From Klebsormidium nitens (Eukaryota > Plantae > Klebsormidiophyceae): a stretch of 64,000 bases of DNA. The translations under genes were made by a program, and so were the position numbers. The notes beneath the pieces are model-generated. The model ran no database searches. It was not told the origin of the DNA and was given only the letters and a program-made list of their open reading frames with translations. The DNA lies in NCBI GenBank assembly GCA_000708835.1, contig DF237167.1, positions 73,274 to 137,273 on the forward strand. The letters are read 5' to 3'. Shown piece by piece: positions 36,937-47,473 of the stretch (within the stretch, counting starts at the first letter, position 1; every line of letters begins with the position of its first letter).

Positions 36937-39900
36937 ATGGCGCCTCGCTCAGCCCTCCTTTGTCTTCTCCTTCTTGCTACTGCCACCACCACCCTCAGCA
37001 GACCTGACATCACGCTGACGTCACACATCATCTCTCAGAGGAGACTGCTGCAAAATGGGACGACCAGTTCTGCTCCTGGGCCAGCTGCAGCCCCGGCACC
37101 TGTTAACTTCGGCAATGGCACTGCTGCCGTGCCGGTGTCTCCAGCCTCCAGTTTTGTTTACAACCCGAGCGGAACGTACCCCTATGTCCCAGCATTGTTC
37201 GTGTTTGGTGAGCTTATCAAGCATTGAACCTCCTTACTTTTTTCTTTCTGTTGTTCTTTTCTTACGCTGTGTCTGTGGTCAACTTTGGGTCTTATGGTTA
37301 GCATACTCAGCATTGGAGTCACAACTTCTTCTCTTCCGTTCTCAATCACCTTTTTGCGGCATTGCGCCTCCACCTGAGACTGTCACCCCTCTGCATTCAA
37401 AGCTATCACCTTTTCGCGCTATTTTCTTGCGGTCAATTCAAGACGTGGAGAGACACTTGCCAGGCGTGGGGGCATTGCAAAATCCTGGTGCTGCATTCTC
37501 AATCTCAGTGCTGCCTACTCTCATTCCTGCCTGATTAACCACTACTCATATTTCTAAATTGATGTCTGCATGCATCGAATATTTGGCATTCTAATCTTTC
37601 TATCAACTGTGTCAACGAGTGTGCTCGCCCACCGGCTTTTGTGGTGGCCTTTACAAGAGTGTTGGGCGTCTCTTTGCCTGCTTGCATCTGTAGAGGATTC
37701 CCTCCCAAGTAAGGTCTTGAAATGTTGCTTGGTTGTAGTGGATGACAGATTGGAAGGGGTTAGACATAGACACAAGCACAGAACTAGCAAAGCTCACAGA
37801 TTGAAGGTTGACAACGACATCTGAAAGTTCAACATACTGCAAGCAATTGAACGCAGGAGTCCAACTAGGCAGGCCGCAAGGCTTCGAGGTTTCCTTGTCT
37901 GCATAGCTTCTCCAACATGCACCACAGTTATGCACAAACCTCCCGACCAACATTTGTGCCATACTAGAAACTTCTTGCTTCGCTTCACATGATGAAAACA
38001 CTAGCCTCTGCGGAAACAGCCAAACTCACCCTGGTCCAGACTGACCGTTAGATTCTTCAGATCGCCAAGTCCAGCTTGCACTACTTGCAAGACAAATCCA
38101 GGCTTTTTGTCTAAAAGCAGTTCTCGTACTGACCAGGTTATTCATCTTTCTTGTAGGTGACTCTTTGGTAGACACCGGAAACAAGTGAGGATGATCGCCT
38201 TCTTTACCCCTGTTGCTTCGTGTTAGACCTCAGTAATTAACCTTCCATAGAGCTAAGTTTTGAGAATTTGAAGCCCTGTAATACTGAACACAATGCATCT
38301 TTCAGACAGTCTCACTCCTTTCCAGCCACTGTGATTGGAGCTCTTGAGGTTTCAAAGCTGGTAGCTTCACAGAACTGCATTTACTCAACTGCATTCAAAC
38401 GCTCTATGGTCAAGGAGCCAGAATTTGAATGGGAACGGAGTGCCGAAATGCCGATCTCTGAGAACAGATAAATCACCTCAGTGCTCTTGCGCGGTAGCCG
38501 GCCATTTGAAGAGAGTAGTTGAGGCCCCTTTCAAGGCAATAAATCTGCAAAGGCGCTTCTGCGGCATGCTGTTCAGCCTGAATCGCCCTCCAAAGCCTTG
38601 CTTCTGTCATCAAGCTCATCACGCTTGAATTATAAGCACTCCCTCTTCGTTACTGAATTTCCTTATCCTTGCAGCGTTCTGTTGGGCTTGCCATCTTACG
38701 TCGGCCTAGGGTATCCATACGGAGTTGGGCCAAGGGGCCGACTGAACGTGACGTAAGTCGTTGAGCTTCCACCTCAGTTTTCTCTCAGGTTTTTCACCAA
38801 GTGAATTGGACTTGCAAGACCGCTTACCTTGTTTTCAAACAGCTTTTATTGACTCGGTGATTCATAAGACGGTCAAATACTAGAGCTTTTGGCTGAATTG
38901 CTAACTGTCGCGCTCGAGTGCGTAAAAAACGTCTAGTCTGCATCGCACAACGGTTGCAGACTCGATGGCAAAGCCCTTTCAGCCTCAAGAACGGCTTGCC
39001 TATGAGGAGAAAGCTTGCTACAATGTTCTTGCTAGACTCATCCAGGTTTTCAGGGATCCCGTCACCTTCATTTCTGCTTGCCGCGTTCGCTTTTCCAAGG
39101 TACGGCACTATAATTGTGTATGACCTGGCAAGCTTATGGGCCTTTGCTTTACGAGGAACCACTCCGGTTGGGTTAACCCACCTCAAACCCGACTCAAATC
39201 TAGCAAGCTAATCTGAGTGAAAAGAATCTATGTTCTCTCTGCGCAGCGGACGCCTTTTCAACGGCCCCGTCATTGTTGATTGCCTGGCAGAGTTTATGGG
39301 CCTCCCTTTATTTTGGTTGAGTAAAACTAAGAAAAACCCGGCTCAAACCTACCCACTTAACCTGGGTGTTAAAGAATCTCTGATTCCTTTGCGCAGCGGA
39401 CGCTTTTTCAACGGCCCCGTCGTTCCTGCCTGGCGGACTTTATGGGCCTCCCTTTATTCCGGTTGAGTAGAAATAGACTCTCAACCCGACTCAAACCTAC
39501 CCAGCTAATACCCTAGGTGTTAAAAGCCAACGTTGCTTTTGTAGAGCAGACGCTTTTTCAATGGTCCCGCCGCTGTGGATCCTGGCGGTATATGGGCCTC
39601 CCTTTTCTCGGGTTGTGTAGAACCAGGATTTGAAACACGGCTCAAATCTACCCAGCTAACCTGGGTATGAAGACTCTCTGGCTTTCTTTGGCAGCGGACG
39701 CTTTGTCGACTCTCCCGTTGTGATTTCTGGCTGAGTTTATAAGCCCCCTGTTCACGACTAACTACTACTCCGGTTGACCTAACCTAACCTAACCTACCCT
39801 AACCTTAAACTCGTCTCAAACCCCCCCAGCTAACCCGATTGTTGACCGTTTCTTACTCTCTTTGCGCAGCGGGCGCTTTTCCAATGGTCCCCTCATTGTT

Positions 39901-42900
39901 GACTATCTGGCGGAGTTTATGGGCCTCCCGTTTACGACCCCTATCCTGCTGCCGGGGGGTAATTTCTACTCGGGGGCCAACTTTGCATCCGGTGGGAGTG
40001 GCGCGCTAAACTCGACGGGGACTCCTGGCAGAGTGTTACCGCTCTCTAACCAGGTAAGTTTTTGGGTTTCTCCGGTCGTTAACCAGCATCGTTAGTCTTT
40101 TTTGAGGATTTGGTCCCGTTCAGCGCAAACCGTTCGTAAGTCTTTGTTCGGGGCCCAACTTTGCATTCGGTGGGAGTGGCGCGAAACTTGACGGGGACTC
40201 CTGGCAGAGTGTTACCGCTCTTTAACCAGGTAAGTTTCAGCGCTTTTCCGTCGTTAACCCAGTGTCGTTAGCGACTCATAAAGTGCGTGATATCAGAATG
40301 GCGGAACTCTCATTGAGTTTTCTGGAGTAAACTCTGTGTCTGAAGGGAGTGGCGCCCTCACTTTGACAGGGACAGCTGGCAGAGTGTTACCGCTCTCTAA
40401 CCAGGTAACTTTCGAGGCTTTTCCGTCCTTAACCCAGCGTTGTTCGCTCATGAAGTGCGTGATACTATTATGGCGGAACTCTCGAGTCGAGTTTTCTGGA
40501 GCAATCTCGTTGTCTGAAGGGAGTGGCGCGCTGAACTCGACGGGGACTCTTGGCAGACTGTTGCCGCTCTCTAACCAGGTAACTTTCGAGGCTTTTCCGT
40601 CCTTAACCCAGCGTTGTAAGCGACTGATAAAGTGCTCGATACCAATTTGGCGAGAACCGTTAGTCGAGTTTTCTGGTGTTAACTTTGCGTCTGGTGGGAA
40701 TGGCGCGCTCAACTCGACGGGGAATCCTGGCAGAGAGTTACCGCTCTTTGATCGGGTAGTTTTGGGCCTTTGCCGTCCTCTTACCCAGCATCGGAGGTGC
40801 CCTGAAGCGGGTTTGGTCCCATTCAACGGACCCCATTCTTTAGTCTTTCTTCGGGGGCCAACTTTGCGTCCGGTGGGAGTGACGCGCTTATCTCGACAGG
40901 ACCTCCTGCCGAATTGCAATTTTGTGACGAAAGGACAGGAGACATTATTTCGGTGTTGCTTGCCCCGTTTTGGGGCGACCACGCTCGGCTTTCCACCTTA
41001 GTTTAACGGAGAATCCTGAGCTTGACGATCCCTCAAACGAGAACTTTTTCCTACATCAAAATCCTTCCACAGAGGAAAGCGATACGCTGAGACCTGATCA
41101 GGAGAGTTACAGTGTCCAACTTGTGATCGAGAGGAGACGGCACAGCCTGACATATGCGCTCCCCTTATGCAGACCCAGCTCTTCACCCAGCTCGTCCGCG
41201 ACTCCATAGCTTATTGGCAGAACGCGTCAAACGCTAACGTCATCACGCCCTTATACCCCCGCCCCGAGACGTTTGGCGCGGCGCTCTATACTTATACCAC
41301 TGGATCGAACGACCTCCGAGGCTTCACTGGGAACGTATCTGACTTCCCCGCTTATGCACAGAGCATCCTGACGTCTATCGGGACTTCAATCACGGTAAGC
41401 ATCCATCGCTTATGACAAAGCAGCATCCATCTGAGTTTTTTCGTCTGAGCGACAGTAGAATTGCAGCAGCAAAGCGTCAGCAAAAGCGTCAGCAAAACGT
41501 CAGCAAAACGTTATCAAAAGCGTCAGCAAAAGCGTCAGCAAAAGCGTCAGCAAAAGCGTCAGCAAAAGCGTCAGCGAAGGTATCAGCTCGCTTTGTTGAC
41601 CAAGGAATCACAGCCAGCCGCGACAGTCTCTGAATCGTTGTCTTGCTTTTCCTAATCTGGCTTTTTTTCACGCTCCAGACTCGTAATGACCCAATCAAGG
41701 ATGAGCAAACGGAATTTCTGTTCAGGGCTCGTAGTTCCAAAATAAAGACGGAAGGACCATTCTTTGAAAAAATCATTTTGAATCGGATGGCTTAGTTTCT
41801 TTGAAGCCGATTAGGCGCCTCAGTTTTTTACACGCCTCTGAACTGTTCGATGGGAAATCGAATGAGCTTGATAAGGCCTTGCCGACTAGTCACGTTCTGC
41901 TTCGTTATGGCGCCTCCACCGCACTCGCCAATCAAAAGAAAACCATGTCTGCCAAGACTTGGACGACTCCACAATTACCTGTTAGTTATCTGTTTCCGAC
42001 TCTTATCAACGGCCGTAACTCTCTGTGAAGTCTTTATTCGAGGTCTTGACCAACGGCGCATAATCTTCGTTGCTCGGCGAGCCTCTCCCTGTTGCCTGCC
42101 GACCGCATACGATATGAACCGCGCATATCTCCTGCTTTCGGACGCTCGAATCACGCCTTGATCTTACGTACAAAAGCGCACCACTTTTGCTGAACTTTAA
42201 TCTTATGGTGCCCATCAGTCGAGCGCGAAGTCTGCGGTCGACTTTCCTTTCTAGCAGGCCGTCCGTTTTCTGACTAATTCCTCCTGAAGTGTCGTGAAGA
42301 GATCGACGTACGCTCTCCATATCTGCAACTACCGAGTCCGTCGATCTCAGCAAACACAAAACACTACTGACGTCAATGTTGTGGAGTCTACTGCCTCGAT
42401 CTGACATACGGCCCGGTTTATCACAGACCGCGTACGCTTATGGCGCCCGCAACTTCCTCGAATTCAACGTCCCCGCGACACACGTCCGCTTATGCTTTCT
42501 CAATTTCTACGCGGTTCAATAGCAGAAATTGAGGGCACTATGGCGCTCTGCTGAAATCAGTTGCTTTTTACGATAATGCCCGACAAAAGCCCCCCTTCAT
42601 TGCAGACCACGTACGCTTATGGCGCCCGCAACTTCCACATAGTTCAATCTCAGCAGTTAAGGGATAGAGCAACCAAAAGACACTGGGACGTGAACTTGAC
42701 AAGGTCGACTACCTCCTTATGCCTGACATATGCCCCGATTTTCCCCAGACCATGTACGCTTATGGCGCCCGTAACTTCCTTGCATTTAATCCCCCCCACG
42801 ACAGACGTCCGCTAATGGCTTTGCAAACCACAAAATTTCAGCAATCCAAGGACTTTGCTTACGTCGATCTTTTGACGTCAATCGCCTCCTTATGCCTTAC

Positions 42901-45788
42901 AAAATCCCCGATTAATGCAGACCACGTACGCTTATGGCGCCCGCAACTTTCTCGTATTCAACGTCCCCCTAGTCGGCTGCGTCCCGGCGGTGCGCAATCT
43001 CAGCGCGACAGGCGAGTGCTCGGCGGCCGTGGTCGCGGCCGCCCAGGGACTAAGCGCGGGTTTGGACACCCTGGTCGGGGCGCTCAGAGCGCAGCTCCCC
43101 AACTCGACGTTCGTGGTTTTTGACGCCTTGAACGCGACGACGGCGGCCATAGCGTATCCCGCCGCGTTTGGTGAGTTTTCCGTCGAATACATGGTTGGGC
43201 TTCACTGATGTGATTGTCGGAACCTCGGATCCCTAGATTCTTGGGTTTTGAGGTTTGGAAGTTCCAGGGTTAAAGCACGGGTTAGGACACCCGGGTCGGG
43301 GCGCTATGGGCGCAACTCCCCAACTCGGCATTCGTGGTCTTTGAGGCGTTGAACGCGACTACGGCGGCCATAGCGTATCCGGCCGCATTCGGTCAGTTTC
43401 AAGATTGAAAGCGTTGAAAGCCTGAACAATTGGAAGTTAGAGTTTTGAGGTGCTAGTTCTGGCTCTGAGTTTGGGGGACTTGGCTGAAATTGTCAAATTT
43501 CCGAGTTCTAGTTCTAGGTTCTTGTGATTCTGGATTTTGGGTTTTGGGTTTTGGGTTTTGCGTGGGTTTAAGCGAGGGTTTGGAAACGCTGATCGAGCCG
43601 CTAAGGGCGCCGCTCCCCACGTCAACTTTCCTGGTCATCGACGCCTTAAATGCGACGACGGCGGTCATAGCTTATCCCGCCCACTTCGGTGAGTTTCAAG
43701 TTTCCTATTGAAAGCCTGAACATCGAAGCCCTGGGTTTTTGGATGTCAAATCTGCGGTGCTAGGTTTGGCCCTTACTAGTTTTGGCCCTGACTTCTGAGG
43801 GGCTTCGCTGAACTTGTCAGGATTTCGAACCCCGTTTCCAGGTTCTTGGGTTTCAACATTAAGGTGTAGAATTGAAAGTGGATTTAGGCACCCGGGTCGG
43901 GGCGCGGGGCGCTGAGGGTGCAACTCCCCAATTCGACGTTCGTGGTCTTTGACGCGTCGAACGACTATGGCGGCCATAGCAGATCCCACCGCCTTTGGTG
44001 AGCGTTTGGTTGATCTTGTTTGCTAATTTCGACTTTTCCATCCCCGAGGGTTGTGTATTTCATTATGGATTTTCGGGTTCGGGGACTCAAAACTGCTAAA
44101 AGCTGGGAGCTGGTGCGAGCTCCAGCTCTTGGGGGCTTCATTGCCACTGTCAAGGTTCCGAACGCTATTCTATCTTATTGAGTTCTAGGGTTTAGGGTTA
44201 AGCCCGGGTTTACGCGCGGGTTTGGACACTTGGTCGGTGCGCTTGGCTCCCCAACTCGACGTTTGTGGTCTTCGTCGCGCTGAACGCGACAACGGCGGCC
44301 ATAGCGTATCCCCGCTGCGTTCGGTGAGCTTCTGGTTGATGATGGGAGTTGGGAGCTTTCGATTTTTGTGTTTTCAAGGCTGTGATTTGCATTTTGAGTT
44401 CCGGAGATCGAGACTCAAGGTTTGCTGGAAGCTGGGGGCTGGTGCTAGCTCTAACTCTTAGGGGCTTTCTGGAATGGTCAGGGAATCGAAAACTGACTGT
44501 CTGGGTTTGTGGAGTTTTAGGGTAGGGGTTAGAGCGCGGGTCTAAGCGCGGTTCTGGAAGATTCGTATTTTTCGCTTAGGGCGCAGCTTCCCGAATAACC
44601 TGTTGTGCCTTTCGATGTGCTAAACGTGACGATGGCGGCCATAGCGTATCTTCCCGTGTTCGATGAGCTCCCAGCCGGCTTGCTTGTTTGGGAGCGTTGG
44701 GTTTGGCGTCCCCGACTTCAAGCTTTTGGAATCTCAATCCGAGATTTTTGGGATCCAGATTTATAGCGTCATGTGTGCGGTGATCAAAGTTGAATTTCGG
44801 AAAATTCAGCGAAGCCAGTCAATCAGAGCCGGTACTTCAATATTGCAGCACCTAGCTAGGGCCTTGAATTCAAAGATTTGGATTCACCAGGGTTCAGATG
44901 AGCGTCTGGAGTCTGAGTTTTCGTGACCAAAGGACTGGCGGTTCAACCCACGTTTGTGCTCTTCACAATCTCGGACGTCTATTTTTCGCCAGATCTCCCG
45001 TCCTGCTATCATTTGGGCTGCCCGTCAGATCAGATAAACATCTGATGAAGCAACCTCAGAAACAAAAGTGTCAAAATTTGGTAGAGCGAGTGTTCACTTT
45101 GGGTTCGACGAAGGTCGACTTTTGCGTCGGCGGATCGCGTCGACTTCACTCCATTTCAGAAAAGTTTGAAACTGAATGCAGAACGAAGGTCGCAAAAAGA
45201 CGTTTAACCCCAGGTACCACCGCCAACGTGTCGCGCTGCGTCGTGAGCGGTCCTGCCAGGACTGCAGAATTGAATCCTTAGACGTAATCAGAGACTCTGG
45301 CGCTGTTTCTCAACAAGTGACCCTTGATTCGCGCGCCGATTCTCAAGCAACAGCCGTTTTGCCGCGAATAAGAGCCAGAGCAAACCAAGGACACTTCCAA
45401 GCTGCCAGAAATAGGCGATAGACAGGGATGGAGACTGATTTCTCTTTCTACATCGGCCTCAACAAAGCCGAATTGTTCAAAAGCGATCCCCACAGTCTCA
45501 GAACCCTAAAGAGAGCTAAAGTGACTTCCCGTCATGCCAGGTCTTACGAATGCCAACTCGTCGTGCTGCGGCGCGGGCGGTCCCGCCAACACGGCGATCA
45601 CGTGTGGCGCCCCCGGATCGACCGTTTGCCCAAATCCCGAACAGTATTTATTCTGGGACACTCTTCATGCGACGACCAGTTTTTATCAGCTGCTTGCGAG
45701 AGAGGCGTTCGGAGGCAACACTTTCATCCGCCCGAGAAACTTGCTCGACACTTTTGTGCGGCCCAACCTGCTTGGGTGCGACGCTTAG
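36937..45788 (+). CDS. Secreted GDSL esterase/lipase (SGNH hydrolase); 7 exons, about 426 aa
   Basis: Exons 36937-37207, 38157-38184, 38675-38752, 39870-40053, 41173-41394, 42921-43170 and 45541-45788 join in phase. Signal peptide plus motifs FVFGDSLVDTGNN, TGRFSNG, GANFASGGSG, GSND, YGARNF and YLFWDTLH (DxxH). Confidence 0.92.
39163..39869 (+). repeat. Four degenerate tandem copies (about 150 bp) of the intron 3 end plus the start of GDSL exon 4
   Basis: Copies begin at 39247, 39397, about 39547 and 39695, upstream of the true exon start at 39870. Confidence 0.9.
40054..40910 (+). repeat. Five degenerate tandem copies (about 175 bp) of the end of GDSL exon 4 plus donor
   Basis: ggcagag...ccgctct.taaccag|gtaa recurs with GT at 40230, 40405 and 40579; a degenerate copy lies at about 40756 and a partial copy at about 40855-40905. 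Confidence 0.9.
41467..41587. repeat. 12-bp minisatellite (CAGCAAAAGCGT)n, about 10 units, in GDSL intron 5
   Basis: Read directly in the sequence. Confidence 0.9.
42400..42920 (+). repeat. Three degenerate copies of the intron 5 end plus the start of GDSL exon 6
   Basis: cag|ACC ... TAC GCT TAT GGC GCC CG(C/T) AAC TT starts at 42427, 42606 and 42749; the true exon starts at 42921. Confidence 0.9.
43171..44670 (+). repeat. Five degenerate copies of the end of GDSL exon 6 plus donor
   Basis: ggcgg(c/t)catagc.(t/g)at...tt(c/t)g|gt(c/g)ag recurs with GT at 43392, 43689, 43998 and 44324; the copy at about 44660 has lost the GT. Confidence 0.9.
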
Positions 45789-47473
45789 GGTCTGATCGAT
45801 GCGATTTAGACCGTATGGTTTTGACAAGGAAGATTTAAGAGCGGGATGGGTCTGGATTTCGATTGTAGTGCCGTTTTTGCGACGCGGAGTGCACGCATAG
45901 GAATAATCGCAAGTGCATGGTCAAGGTTGAGGTTATGTATAGTTATGCTAGTGAGAAGGGCTCAGGCCGAAGTGTCAATTAGACAGGATAATTCTCTACA
46001 GGAAGTAGATCAAAGCGCGCCGAGCCTAGCAAGGACAGTGATTAGAGAAAGCCTTGAAGAGCTGGGAATCAGGCGCAGCGCAGACAAAGCTCAGCTACGT
46101 ATGCACGACGTAGTGACAGCTAATATTACTAAAGCTAGGCAACTGAGGCAGGACAGTTTTGTCGACAGAGTTACCGTGGCTCCGCTCGTTTTGGATTTGT
46201 TCAATGCGTCTTCGATAGAATGTTGATAACATCTGCGGATCCTTGACTCCTTTCGGCGTTCAGTGTACCGTACACCGTCGACCAACATCAAGGTTGCATA
46301 TGTTCAATTCGATCGGACTCGGATTATTGCTTCGATCTTCCAAATTAAGTTCCACTGATGCCCTGTAGCCACTGACCTTGCAATTATGATGGAAGGCCTG
46401 ATCGGACTGATGGAATCGATTCTTGTCTGACCGTTTGATTACCTTTGTCGGGGACCGCAGGGCCCTTTGAACAATAGGCTGCCGCCGCAATGCGTTGGTG
46501 GCCGTTCATTAGAGTCGTACTTGATCACTCGAGACGTATACCGTGGACTGCCATATCGATGTGTTGAAGCCCGCCTACTTTGCAATAACGTCCATCATCA
46601 GTTCTGTTTGAAGGTATTGCATGATATAGCTTGCGTTCATGAATTAATCTAAAACCGAACGTTTATATGCGAGCTGAGCCTACTGCATGATCTGACCGTA
46701 CGTGCCATATTATGACATGGGATGCGTGTACGTTACATCCAATCAGCTAGAGGTACGTTCGGAGCGCACGCGTCCGATCCGATGATCATCATTGGCCGTG
46801 TGGATGCATGCATGAGATATTCAACAGTATGAACGATTGAACCATGCATGAGGTTCAGATCTGTCCATAGCATGCAGAGTGCACGGTGTACGTTATACAC
46901 TATTCCGTTTCACTTTTAAGGCATGGGGTTGCAGGCGGAACTTAAAGCCACTCCAGTAAAAACATGATTGTAACTGTCAACTTCGTCAGCGCCAACATGA
47001 CAGGCCGGTTGATGCATAGCCATGCACATATGTAATGGGTCAATGAGCCCGAGCTGGTGCAATTTGCCAGCGCGCGCTTTCGGAATCCTTTTGATAACCA
47101 CTTCATAAACGTGAGCGGCTTTGTAAATTAACTCCGACATATCTCTTTGACCAAAAAACTTTTTCAGAATTTGTAATCGCTAGCTTGCTTGGGGCAATCC
47201 AGAGGTCCAACTTATCGTAAGAGGACTCCGGTCCAATCTCGACCGACCAAACGAGCAAAATCCTACGCCTCGCGCTATACAATTTCCTTACTAACAAACT
47301 CGGCCAACCGCTTGTTATGTCAGCCTGAGTGTAACGCTCCCCAGCCCATCAGCGACCACCGTTACAACTATACTTTATGACACGACTCTAAATGGGCGTC
47401 TACTCCGGGCCTTCATCCTTTCAGCCAGGGTGTAACGCTCCGGCTCAGCCCGACGCGTGCAAACATTACCGTC

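Noticed and set aside
40293-40982. 229-aa minus-strand ORF
   Set aside because: It is an antisense by-product of the 174-bp repeat units inside the GDSL intron and has no independent coding signal.
39163-44670. CRISPR-like or whole-exon (Dscam-type) array interpretation of the GDSL repeats
   Set aside because: The units are 150-330 bp degenerate pieces of the host exon junctions in a eukaryotic gene, with no cas genes. They contain only half exons, not complete alternative exons.
18780-46900. Scattered CATGCATG (RY) and ACGTG (ABRE-like) motifs in intergenic stretches (about 18800, 30560, 35570, 46700-46890)
   Set aside because: These short motifs are expected by chance, and without TSS or conservation data they cannot be called regulatory.
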